From an uncultured Bacilli bacterium (GTDB taxonomy: Bacteria > Bacillota_I > Bacilli_A > RF39 > UBA660), in contig CANRCC010000002.1 of assembly GCA_947629025.1 (NCBI GenBank), positions 5,041 through 69,040 on the forward strand: 64,000 bases of DNA, written 5' to 3'. Positions 10,769 to 20,069 of the stretch are shown here, piece after piece (positions within the stretch are counted from its first letter, which is position 1; each line of letters starts with the position of its first letter). A model generated the notes under the pieces. It was given only the letters and a program-made list of their open reading frames with translations, was not told the origin of the DNA and ran no database searches. The position numbers and the translations under genes are program-made.

Positions 10769-12037
10769 TTAATTCTCCTTTACATCTATTACCTTTGTTT
10801 TTATTAAACCATCTTTAAATGTTATATCTAAATTTTCATTTATTTTAGTATCTTTTACTGAGTTTAATACTTTATTATCTTTTTTAGTTATTGTATAACC
10901 TCTTTTTAAAGTATTAAGTGGATTTAATACATCTAATTTATTTATAAGATTATTATAACTATTTATTTTATTTTCAAATATTTTTGATGGATTTATAAAT
11001 ACAAAGCTATTTATTACATTTTCATATTTTATCTTATTAGAATTTATTATATTAAAGCATACATTTTTTAATCTTTCTATATAATTAGATAATTTTTCTT
11101 CTTTTACTTCATATATATTCATAGGGCTTTTTAATATATAACTATCTAGTACTTTTTTTAAATAACTTTTATTATTTTCTACTTTAGTTAGTATATTTTT
11201 GCTTAATCGTATTTTATATTGATTAATCATCTTTTTAAGTTCTATCTTAGACGGCACTGCAATTTCTGCTGCACCTGTTGGAGTAGCTGCTCTAAGATCA
11301 GAAACAAAATCAGATATTGTAAAATCTATTTCATGTCCAACTGCACTTATAATAGGAGTTTTACAATCATAAATAGCTCTTGCGACAACCTCTTCATTAA
11401 ATGCCCATAAATCCTCAATTGATCCACCACCTCTTCCTACAATAATTGTATCTAGATTATATGAATCAGCAAGTTTTATATTTTTAACTATATCATCTTT
11501 TGCTTCAATTCCTTGTACTAAAGATGGAAATAATATAACCTCACATAATGGATATCTTCTATTTATTGTAGATATAATATCTTTAATAGCGGCACCTGTT
11601 TTTGCAGTTACAACACCTATTTTTTTAGGTATTTTAGGTATTGGTTTTTTATGACTTTCATCAAATAATCCTTCATTAGATAATTTTTGTTTTAGTTTTT
11701 CATATAATGCATATAAATTACCTATTCCATCTTCTTGCATTTCAGTAACATATATTTGATAATTACCAGTACTTTCAAATACACTTATTCTACCTTTTAC
11801 TAAAACTTTCATTCCATCTTGTGGTTCAAAATTTATATTTTTTGTATTAGATGCAAACATTATTGCATTTATTCTTGATTCTTCATCTTTAATAGTAAAA
11901 TAAAAGTGTCCTCTTGTATGATGCTTAAAATTGGATATTTCTCCCTTTATATATACATCTTGCAAATTAGAATCATTATCTAATTTATACTTTATATACC
12001 TTGTTAATGCTGCGACAGTTATATAATTATTATTCAT
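10769..12037 (-). CDS. xseA: exodeoxyribonuclease VII large subunit
   Basis: GEISNFK, GHFYFTIKD, GRGGGSIEDLWAFNEE, SAVGHEIDFTISDFVSD.RAATPT. Confidence 0.98.
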   Translation of the reverse strand: MNNNYITVAALTRYIKYKLDNDSNLQDVYIKGEISNFKHHTRGHFYFTIKDEESRINAIMFASNTKNINFEPQDGMKVLVKGRISVFESTGNYQIYVTEMQEDGIGNLYALYEKLKQKLSNEGLFDESHKKPIPKIPKKIGVVTAKTGAAIKDIISTINRRYPLCEVILFPSLVQGIEAKDDIVKNIKLADSYNLDTIIVGRGGGSIEDLWAFNEEVVARAIYDCKTPIISAVGHEIDFTISDFVSDLRAATPTGAAEIAVPSKIELKKMINQYKIRLSKNILTKVENNKSYLKKVLDSYILKSPMNIYEVKEEKLSNYIERLKNVCFNIINSNKIKYENVINSFVFINPSKIFENKINSYNNLINKLDVLNPLNTLKRGYTITKKDNKVLNSVKDTKINENLDITFKDGLIKTKVIDVKEN

Positions 12038-12431
12038 TCATCTCACCATGATAAATACTATCTAATACTGCATTTATCATATTTTTAACTTTTTCATCAG
12101 AATATTCTTTAGCAAGTTCTACTGATTCATTAATCGCAACTATTTCTGGTGTATCTGTATATACAAGTTCATATATTCCCATTCTAAGTATTGCTTGATC
12201 TGTTTTACTAAATCTATCTATTGTCCAATCTTTTAAATGTTTATTAGCAATCTTGTCGATATCATTTTTATATTCAATGACACCATTAACAATAGTATTT
12301 ACAAATTCATTTTCAATTGGAACTGACTCTTTAATAACATCTTTTACATCATAATCAATATTATTTGATTCATATAAAAAGATCTGATATAAAATAGTCA
12401 TAATCTTTTTTCTTAACTCTGCCCTATTCAT
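12030..12431 (-). CDS. nusB: transcription antitermination factor NusB
   Basis: WTIDR...D.AILRMGIYEL, AINESVELAKEY, INAVLD. Confidence 0.96.
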   Translation of the reverse strand: MNRAELRKKIMTILYQIFLYESNNIDYDVKDVIKESVPIENEFVNTIVNGVIEYKNDIDKIANKHLKDWTIDRFSKTDQAILRMGIYELVYTDTPEIVAINESVELAKEYSDEKVKNMINAVLDSIYHGEMNE

Positions 12432-12484
12432 ATTCTATCACCTAAAAATATTTTATCATATAATAAATAAAAAAGCCATTTGTA

Positions 12485-13072
12485 TTATGCTTTTTTCTTC
12501 TTTTTTATATGTTTTTTATATTTTCTAGTTCTCTTAGGACTTATAAAATAAATTATATCTAATATAGAAAATACAAATAATAATGTAATTAATATTATAG
12601 ATACCATTAATTTTGATTTAATATATATTTCATCTATTATATAATCTACATTAGAAAAACAAATATCAATTATTTTTCTTTCTGATTCATTTTTTAACGT
12701 TTCTTTTATTTCTAATTCTTCATTAACAGGTTTTATAAGTTTACCTTTTACTTTATTTGTAAGCGCTGTATTTTCACTTAAAAATATAATAACATCATAA
12801 TTATCATACGTAACTTTATATGTATTTATTTTTGATTTTTCATTTTCAATAGATAAACGCATTAATTTAGCATTTGTTAAATCAAGAGTAACAAACCTTT
12901 TATCATTATCTATCGCATCATTCATCATTTCTTCATTTGTAATTACTTTATCCATTAAAAATATTTGTTTATAATCATCAGAATTTATTATAATTGTTAT
13001 TGAAAGTATTATTATAATAAGTACATTTAATATTAAACTCTCCATCTTTTTATTCTTTATAATTTCAATCAT
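12485..13072 (-). CDS. hypothetical membrane protein (2 TM)
   Basis: N- and C-terminal hydrophobic helices, Lys-rich tail, AGGAG RBS. Confidence 0.7.
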   Translation of the reverse strand: MIEIIKNKKMESLILNVLIIIILSITIIINSDDYKQIFLMDKVITNEEMMNDAIDNDKRFVTLDLTNAKLMRLSIENEKSKINTYKVTYDNYDVIIFLSENTALTNKVKGKLIKPVNEELEIKETLKNESERKIIDICFSNVDYIIDEIYIKSKLMVSIILITLLFVFSILDIIYFISPKRTRKYKKHIKKKKKA

Positions 13073-13190
13073 AATACTATTCTCCTACTAAAATTATACC
13101 ATTTAAAACTTAATAAGTAAATGATATAAATAAGATGCAAGTTAAAATTAGTTAACTTATCTTTAAATATTGTATTTTTAAGTATTACCA

Positions 13191-13219
13191 TTGATATCTT
13201 TACTTAATTATGATATATT
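13191..13219 (+). promoter_or_regulatory. sigma-A promoter with no downstream ORF
   Basis: TTGATA-N17-TATATT with extended -10 TG; predicted +1 near 13225-13226. Confidence 0.6.
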
Positions 13220-13224
13220 AGTGC

Positions 13225-13280
13225 TAGAAGAACCAGTAGGTCGATTCGGTGAAACATCCGATATACCGCTGGTTTTTCTA
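13225..13280 (+). ncRNA. candidate small structured RNA (56-nt long hairpin)
   Basis: GC-enriched island. TAGAAGAACCAGT pairs with GCTGGTTTTTCTA, including two G-U pairs valid only on the + strand; inner GGT/ACC and TCGG/CCGA stems; begins at the predicted TSS. Confidence 0.5.
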
Positions 13281-13409
13281 ATTAAATTAATTTTATATAA
13301 AAAACAACTATTATTTAGTTCTTCCTCTCATACATTATAATTAATATTTTTTCATTTTCAAGTATTTTATTAGAAAGAATCTAAGCTACTTGTTATAAAT
13401 AAAAAAGAA

Positions 13410-13700
13410 TTATTTAACTAATTCTATTTCGCTTTTACTTAAACCTGTATATTTTGATATTAAATTTATATCTAAATTATCTTTAAGCATATTCCTTATT
13501 ATTTCATTTTCTTTTCTGCTAATTCCTATTTGTATTCCTTCTTGTCTTCCCTCTTCTAATCCTTGAATTCTCCCTTTTTTAATACCCTCATTTTCTCCTT
13601 CTTCTTTCGCACACATCAAATATAACTCTTCTTTACTATATGATGATAAATTTCTTTTTTCTTTGCTCAATTTTATTAACTCATCATATATTCTTTCCAT
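13410..13700 (-). CDS. stand-alone Rpn C-terminal module (RpnS-like antitoxin candidate)
   Basis: Open frame retained. AGGGGTGA SD 7 nt before ATG 13700 (MERIYDEL...ISKYTGLSKSEIELVK). The ORF track extends it to 13775. Confidence 0.55.
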   Translation of the reverse strand: MERIYDELIKLSKEKRNLSSYSKEELYLMCAKEEGENEGIKKGRIQGLEEGRQEGIQIGISRKENEIIRNMLKDNLDINLISKYTGLSKSEIELVK

Positions 13701-13888
13701 TAATTCATCACCCCTTGATAAATTATATAATTCTTTCTTGTTTACTAACTTTAACATTAAAAATATTTTTTCCATCCTTGTTAACTTTTCTTTATTATAA
13801 TACTTTTTATAAATTACTTCAAGGTTAACATGATATTTTTTTATAAAACTTTTATCTATTATTCCTTTTTCACTTTTTAATTCAAATT
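13410..13888 (-). repeat. direct duplication of the 3' ~half of the adjacent Rpn gene
   Basis: Near-identical to ~13921-14423; differs by synonymous changes and an 8-codon indel in the EG.. repeats. Confidence 0.9.
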
Positions 13889-13920
13889 ATATTATTTTTA
13901 CCTAAGAAACAAAAAAAGAA

Positions 13921-14829
13921 TTATTTAACTAATTCTATTTCGCTTTTACTTAAACCTGTATATTTTGATATTAAATTTATATCTAAATTATCTTTAAGCA
14001 TATTTCTTATTATTTCATTTTCTTTTCTTGCGATTCCAATTTCTATTCCTTCTTTTATTCCTTCATGTATTCCTTCTTGTCTTCCCTCTTCTAATCCTTG
14101 AATTCTTCCTTTTTTAATACCCTCATTTTCTCCCTCTTCTTTTGCACACATCAAATATAATTCTTCTTTACTATATGATAGTAAATTTCTTTTATCATTG
14201 CTTAATTTTATTAACTCATCATATATTCTTTCCATTAATTCATCACCCCTTGATAAATTATATAATTCTTTCTTATTGACTAACTTTAACATTAAAAATA
14301 TTTTCTCCATCCTTGTTAACTTTTCTTTATTATAATACTTTTTATAAATTACTTCAAGGTTAACATGGTATTTTTTTATAAAACTTTTATCTATTATTCC
14401 TTTTTCACTTCTTAATTCAAATTTTACTATCTCTCCCTCTTCTTTATACAATGTATAATTATCTATATTTATTTGTATTACTATTTTATCTTCATATAAA
14501 CTTTGTATCTTTGTTATATATGAATTATTTTTCTTTATTATCTTTTTATAATACTTTTTATTCATTTCTATATTTATTATTTTATTTTCTATTTCTATTA
14601 CTAAATCACTTATTTTTCCTTTTTCTTCTATATTTTCTTTGGGCAATTCATTTGATATTATTTTCATCTCTCTTAAATCTTCCATTTTTATATCTTCTAC
14701 TACATACACTATTACCTCTTTTACTAATTTATCTATAGTGGTGAATAATTTTTTAAATATTGTATCTGACGTTCCTGGAATTATTTCTCTTTTTCTTCTT
14801 TCCAAATCGTCAATATATGTTTTTAACAA
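13921..14829 (-). CDS. Rpn family recombination-promoting nuclease / putative transposase (PD-(D/E)XK)
   Basis: SDTIFKKLF, ISDLVIE...INIEMN, EG.EEG repeats, C-terminal HTH ISKYTGLS. TTG start at 14829 after GGAGGT. Confidence 0.85.
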   Translation of the reverse strand: MLKTYIDDLERRKREIIPGTSDTIFKKLFTTIDKLVKEVIVYVVEDIKMEDLREMKIISNELPKENIEEKGKISDLVIEIENKIINIEMNKKYYKKIIKKNNSYITKIQSLYEDKIVIQINIDNYTLYKEEGEIVKFELRSEKGIIDKSFIKKYHVNLEVIYKKYYNKEKLTRMEKIFLMLKLVNKKELYNLSRGDELMERIYDELIKLSNDKRNLLSYSKEELYLMCAKEEGENEGIKKGRIQGLEEGRQEGIHEGIKEGIEIGIARKENEIIRNMLKDNLDINLISKYTGLSKSEIELVK

Positions 14830-14887
14830 TCTACCACCTCCTATAATATATTTCACTACTTACTTATTATTTTCCCCTAAAAAAATA

Positions 14888-14910
14888 AAAAAAGTACTAA
14901 ATTAGTACTT
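14888..14910. terminator. hairpin between divergent genes (terminator-like)
   Basis: AAGTACTAA-a-TTAGTACTT with adjacent A-run. Confidence 0.4.
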
Positions 14911-14920
14911 ATAAACTATT

Positions 14921-14947
14921 ACACAAATAAAACATTTACATACTATA
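14921..14947 (+). promoter_or_regulatory. putative mother-cell sigma-K/E type promoter
   Basis: AC-N16-CATActaTA upstream of a coat-like gene. Confidence 0.4.
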
Positions 14948-14966
14948 ATATGAAAGGAGTATTTTT

Positions 14967-15230
14967 ATGAATTCAAACTATAGACCATATACATATACTA
15001 GTTACTCTACAAACAATTTACCATCAAATTTAAATTCACAATATAAAATAACAAATCAAAATGATGAAAGACTTGTTGGTGGATTCCTTGGACCATTTAT
15101 ATTAGGTGGAATTACTGGAGGATTAGTATCACCATTCTTTTATGGAGGATACAATAATAGACCACCAGTATATTATTATCAACCAGGACCTTATAGACCA
15201 CCATATTATGGACCAGGCGGTATATATTAA
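14967..15230 (+). CDS. small Gly/Pro/Tyr-rich protein, spore-coat-like
   Basis: DERLVGGFLGPFILGGITGGL followed by a YYQPGPYRPPYY tail; AAAGGAG RBS. Confidence 0.65.
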   Translation: MNSNYRPYTYTSYSTNNLPSNLNSQYKITNQNDERLVGGFLGPFILGGITGGLVSPFFYGGYNNRPPVYYYQPGPYRPPYYGPGGIY

Positions 15231-15258
15231 AAAATTCTTATTTTTTTAAGAATTTTTT
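15228..15258. terminator. bidirectional terminator
   Basis: AAAAAATTCTTA...TAAGAATTTTTT between convergent genes. Confidence 0.65.
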
Positions 15259-15940
15259 AATTTAAAATTAAATCTATTTCTTCATCACTTAAATATTTTT
15301 TAAATTTACTAATTGACTTATTAATAAATGAATAATCACTTTTATTACGGTGAATATCACTGCCTACAAAATCAACTAATTTACTTTTCAATATTTTTTT
15401 AACTGTCTTTTGTGGTTTCTTTCCATATTTACCTAAAATACTTTCTAAATTAATTTGAAATAAAACTCCACTATTATGAATTTCAACTAATTCGTCAAAA
15501 TGATCATGGAAATAAATATATCTTTCAGGATGCGCTAATACAACTTTATAATCTTTCTGAATTAACTCATAAAATATATCCATGTAACCATTAAATATAC
15601 CACTCATAGGAAGCTCTATAAGTAAGTAATTAGATTTACCAAGAGTACTTATTTCTTTCTTTTCTAATAAATCAAGAATATTTTCACTTATATAAATCTC
15701 ATTACCTAAAAATATTTTTATATTAATATTATTCTCTTTTAATTTTTTTTCAATTTGTTTTATCTTAGATAAATTATTCTTTCTATTACTTGTATAAGAA
15801 CTATATTCAATATAATGTGGAGTTAAAAATACATCAGTAACACCATTTTTACTCATATTTTTTAATATTTCTATGCTTTCATCTATATTTTTAACACCAT
15901 CATCAACATCATAAAGAATATGGGTATGAAGATCAACCAT
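15257..15940 (-). CDS. cpsB: CpsB/CapC family tyrosine-protein phosphatase (PHP)
   Basis: MVDLHTHIL..VDDG, TPH, AHPERY, GSDIH. Confidence 0.93.
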   Translation of the reverse strand: MVDLHTHILYDVDDGVKNIDESIEILKNMSKNGVTDVFLTPHYIEYSSYTSNRKNNLSKIKQIEKKLKENNINIKIFLGNEIYISENILDLLEKKEISTLGKSNYLLIELPMSGIFNGYMDIFYELIQKDYKVVLAHPERYIYFHDHFDELVEIHNSGVLFQINLESILGKYGKKPQKTVKKILKSKLVDFVGSDIHRNKSDYSFINKSISKFKKYLSDEEIDLILN

Positions 15941-17309
15941 TTTTCTTATCTCCATAATAAGAATAATATTTACCATAAACTCTTCCAGCATTCATATCAA
16001 TTTTATTTAATACATCACCTGCTATATTAGCATTAACACTTTCTAATGCTTTTTTAGTGCTATCAAGAAGAGCTTTTGTAGTTTTACCTTCAGCACTAAC
16101 TATTAAAGTTTTATCAACTAATCTAGACATTATAATTGAATCAGATAAACCATTACATGGAACACCATCAAATATAACTAAATCATATTTTACTTTTAAT
16201 TTTGTTATTAATTCTTTATTTTTTTCTGAATTAAGTAATTCACTAGGATTAGGAGGTATAGTTCCGCAAGTTAATAAATATAAATTTTTGACACTTGTTT
16301 TCTTTATATACCCTGAATTTAAGTTGTTTAAATCATCTATAAGTAAATTAGATAATCCCTCTTTATTAGACACATTAAATATCTTATGTTGTCTTCCCTT
16401 TCTCATATCACAATCAACTACAAGAACCTTTATACCTGTTTGAGCAAAAGCTATTGCTAAATTAGCAGATATAAAACTTTTACCTTCACCAGGAATGGAA
16501 CTAGTAATTAAAAGTGTATCTAGTTTTTTATCTACTGAAGAAAATTGTAAATTAGTTCTTAAAGTTTTAATACCCTCACTTATAAGTGATTTAGGATATT
16601 TACTAACAATAAGTTCAGTATGAGCAATATTATCTCTTCTTTTTATATCATTAAGTCCTATTTTACCAACAATAGGTATTTTTAATTCTTCTTCTAAATT
16701 ATCAGTATATTTAATAGTATCATCAAAATAATAAATTATAAATAATATTGATATAATAATAATAAGACCTAACATAAATGAAATCATTGCGTCCTTTTGA
16801 GTAGTATTATTAGCTACTGTTTTTGGGGTTATTGCTTCATCAACTATCTTAATATTATTTATTCCATATATTTCAGATACTGCAATGCTAAATGATTCAG
16901 CAGTTTTATTTGCAATACTTTTAGATAACTCTGCATCTGGATTTCTAACAGATATTTTTAACATTTCAGTATTAGATACTAACTGAATATTTATATTTTT
17001 AGCCAAATCTGAAACACTATAGTTTATATCTAAACTTTCAATTACATCATTTAAAACTCTTCTGCTTTTAATAAGTTCACTATAAGTTGATACTAAACTT
17101 TTATTTAAATTTATATCATTAGAATTTATTGATGTTTCATCAGTTGTAACTTTAGTTAAAAGAAGTGTTGTATTTGCTTCATATAATGGTTCTTTTATAT
17201 ACTTTGAATATATAAATGATATCATTAAAAAAGCAAAAGATACAATTAAAATTGCAGCAATATTTTCAAGTAAGAACTTAAAGAAATCCTTTATATTTAT
17301 TTCTTCCAT
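15933..17309 (-). CDS. fused polysaccharide co-polymerase / BY tyrosine kinase (CpsC-CpsD, Wzc-like)
   Basis: N-terminal Wzz-type 2 TM region; ITSSIPGEGKS Walker A, VVDCDMRK, C-terminal Tyr cluster YGKYYSYY. Confidence 0.92.
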   Translation of the reverse strand: MEEINIKDFFKFLLENIAAILIVSFAFLMISFIYSKYIKEPLYEANTTLLLTKVTTDETSINSNDINLNKSLVSTYSELIKSRRVLNDVIESLDINYSVSDLAKNINIQLVSNTEMLKISVRNPDAELSKSIANKTAESFSIAVSEIYGINNIKIVDEAITPKTVANNTTQKDAMISFMLGLIIIISILFIIYYFDDTIKYTDNLEEELKIPIVGKIGLNDIKRRDNIAHTELIVSKYPKSLISEGIKTLRTNLQFSSVDKKLDTLLITSSIPGEGKSFISANLAIAFAQTGIKVLVVDCDMRKGRQHKIFNVSNKEGLSNLLIDDLNNLNSGYIKKTSVKNLYLLTCGTIPPNPSELLNSEKNKELITKLKVKYDLVIFDGVPCNGLSDSIIMSRLVDKTLIVSAEGKTTKALLDSTKKALESVNANIAGDVLNKIDMNAGRVYGKYYSYYGDKKNG

Positions 17310-17389
17310 TATAAAGCCCCTTTCACCTATTTTTATTATATCATATCAATGTGTATTTTTTTTACAAATAATGAGCATTTTACACATTA

Positions 17390-18826
17390 TTAGTCATATA
17401 AAACAGCATTAATCTTATCTTTTGCATTTTCTATAGTTTCTTCATTTGGATATGTAACATAAAGTTTAATATTACCCATACTATATGTATAATCATTTCC
17501 AGCAGTTCCACCAACTGATGTAGATTCAATATTCCAATTACTAACACTTGATAATTGTGATTTAACTAATGAAGTTATTTCATCATAAGTCATATTTGTT
17601 TCAAATGAACCATCAATAGCATTCAATATATCATTATATTTGGTTAACACAGATGGATTGCTTAATTTATTTATCATAGCAGTTATAACTTTTTGTTGGT
17701 TTTCTCCTCTTGAATAATCTCCAGCTGCTAATGACTTTCTTTCTCTTGCAAATGCAAGTGCACAGTTACCATTTAGATGCTGAGTTTCCCTTTTTATATA
17801 ACATTTTTCTTTATTTATAGTCATACTGAATGATGCATCTGATGTAATATCTATTCCACCCATTACATCAACACTATTAACTAGTGTTGGAAAACTAACT
17901 TTTGCATAATAATTAATATTTGTATCAAATAAATCTTCTAAAGTTCCTACACTCATATTAACACCATATATACCAGCATGAGTAAGTTTATCTTTAGTAC
18001 CTGTTGTACCATGTAATTGAACATAATAATCTCTTGGAATATTTACAAGTTGTATCTTATGATTTTTTGGATTAACAGCAGCAAGTATATTAACGTCACT
18101 TCTATCATTGTCAGATAACTCATCTCTTGTATCTGAACCACTTATATAAAATACAAATGGATCTTTAGTTACGTCAACTTTTTTACTCTTATTTCTATTA
18201 GTTATATATACTGTATATGTATAAATAACCTTTGTATTTTCAATAAATTCTTTTTGATTATCTTCTATCAACTTAATAACAGAACTATCTAACATAATCG
18301 CATCAAGAGATTTACTATTTAAATCAACAATAAGATTAGTTATATCCTCATCTTTTTCATTATAAGTTAAATTAGTTATTTTATTAAATCTTTCTTTTGC
18401 TTTTTGTAAATTCGGATTAGTTACTAAAAATCCAATATTTTTATTATTTAAATCATTTATTTTAGTATAAGCACTATCTTTTAATACAAGAACTGAATAA
18501 GTCTGTTTTTCTTTTGAATCACCAGTCATATTTTCAACAAATTTAATAGTAGTATAAAGATAATTGATAGCAAAGAAATATACAACTATTAATACTATTG
18601 ATAACATATAAAAGAATATTTTTGAAAATTTCCTAGTTTTCTTTCTAAACAATTTAAATAATATGAATGCATATATTAATATTAATATTGCACCCACAAT
18701 AGTTAATAAATTTGTATCTAAAACATTTAGTTTATTTATAAAATAAAATAATAATAAAGATGATAATACTAAAAGTATACTTATTATTATTTTAAAAGCC
18801 TTATTTTCTTTTTTTTTCTTTCTCAC
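17390..18826 (-). CDS. LCP family phosphotransferase (CpsA-like)
   Basis: 3 N-terminal TM; SGSDTR, RSDVNI, IPRDYYV, DKLTHAG, FARER, RGENQQKVI. Confidence 0.93.
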   Translation of the reverse strand: MRKKKKENKAFKIIISILLVLSSLLLFYFINKLNVLDTNLLTIVGAILILIYAFILFKLFRKKTRKFSKIFFYMLSIVLIVVYFFAINYLYTTIKFVENMTGDSKEKQTYSVLVLKDSAYTKINDLNNKNIGFLVTNPNLQKAKERFNKITNLTYNEKDEDITNLIVDLNSKSLDAIMLDSSVIKLIEDNQKEFIENTKVIYTYTVYITNRNKSKKVDVTKDPFVFYISGSDTRDELSDNDRSDVNILAAVNPKNHKIQLVNIPRDYYVQLHGTTGTKDKLTHAGIYGVNMSVGTLEDLFDTNINYYAKVSFPTLVNSVDVMGGIDITSDASFSMTINKEKCYIKRETQHLNGNCALAFARERKSLAAGDYSRGENQQKVITAMINKLSNPSVLTKYNDILNAIDGSFETNMTYDEITSLVKSQLSSVSNWNIESTSVGGTAGNDYTYSMGNIKLYVTYPNEETIENAKDKINAVLYD

Positions 18827-18948
18827 ATTTATCCCTCTTTCACTACTATACCATTATATATTTTTTTTTAAACTTTTGCAATAGTAGTTAACAATTTATG
18901 TATATATTAAATAACTGATATATTATATAAGTAATTAAGAATTTTCAT

Positions 18949-19962
18949 CTAAATTGTGTAATTTATTTTTTCTATTTTATCATCTATTATTCTTTTCATA
19001 AACATTCTTCTTATCTGTTCTATAACTACACAAATAATATATATACAAATACAAGTAATAATCAAATGTAAAACTAAATATTTATTATTCCAATAATAAT
19101 TTGTATGAAAGATATTTTGATATATTGTTTTGGTAATTAAAGGATTCTCATGAATAATATATGTACTAAATGTAAATGACGCCAAATTATTTATATATTT
19201 ATTATTTTTAATATTAATTGATTTAAAAGTTTTAAACAATGCAATAGAACTTATAAGATTAAAAATGGAATTATAAGCAATAGCTCGTGTTGAAAACAAA
19301 TAAAATATAGTAGTTATAATTGTGCATAAAAAATATGTTAATATACTTTGTTTTATGGATTTTTTATTATCACAATAAATTTTAATATATGAACCTATTA
19401 AGTACAATGTTACAAAATTAATTATTCCATAACCACTATCCTTAATTGTTGTTTTTGACCAAAAAGTTGGCCATATATAAAAGAAAATAATAAGAATTAA
19501 TAATAATATTTTATATTGTTTTTTATTTATATTATTAATTATTTTATTTATAAATGGTATAAGTAAATATAAAATAATATATATAATTACAAACCACCTA
19601 TCTATAATTGAAAATATAATTGATTTCAATAAATGTATATTTATATTATTAAAATTAAATATAATATAAAATAGACTTATAATTATTCCATAAAACATCA
19701 TTAAATATGCTAAATGTATTACCTTAGCTATTCTTATTTTTTCCTTGTTATTCATAAAATAACCTGTAATTAATACAAATACATTGCATGATATTATACA
19801 TGCACTTTCAATAAAGCGAATAAAATAGTAATTTGCATTATCTTTTGAAACAAAAGATAATGCTCCACCCATACCGCCATTATTGTAATGCAACACAATT
19901 ATCATAAATATAGCTAAAATTCTTAATAATTCAAAATTAGAATTTCTTTCTTTAATTTCCAT
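18949..19962 (-). CDS. acyltransferase family 3 membrane protein
   Basis: RNSNFELLRILAIFMIIVLH, FVLITGYF, YIIHE; about 10 TM. Confidence 0.9.
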   Translation of the reverse strand: MEIKERNSNFELLRILAIFMIIVLHYNNGGMGGALSFVSKDNANYYFIRFIESACIISCNVFVLITGYFMNNKEKIRIAKVIHLAYLMMFYGIIISLFYIIFNFNNINIHLLKSIIFSIIDRWFVIIYIILYLLIPFINKIINNINKKQYKILLLILIIFFYIWPTFWSKTTIKDSGYGIINFVTLYLIGSYIKIYCDNKKSIKQSILTYFLCTIITTIFYLFSTRAIAYNSIFNLISSIALFKTFKSINIKNNKYINNLASFTFSTYIIHENPLITKTIYQNIFHTNYYWNNKYLVLHLIITCICIYIICVVIEQIRRMFMKRIIDDKIEKINYTI

Positions 19963-20069
19963 TGTTTTTTCTCCCTCAAACTATAATATTTAAATGACTT
20001 ATTTTAAATACAATAATAAACCGTAATATCAAATTTATAAAGTATAATTACTTAATAATTATTAATTTA

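Noticed and set aside
13225-13280. SRP RNA, 6S RNA, tRNA or FMN/cobalamin riboswitch
   Set aside because: It lacks the SRP helix-8 CAGG/GGAA/AGCAG motif, is too short for 6S, has no cloverleaf, and shares only a T-loop-like apex with riboswitches. No downstream gene.
13410-14856. IS element (Rpn proteins are often labelled transposases)
   Set aside because: No terminal inverted repeats or target duplications are seen, and Rpn proteins are not demonstrated transposases.
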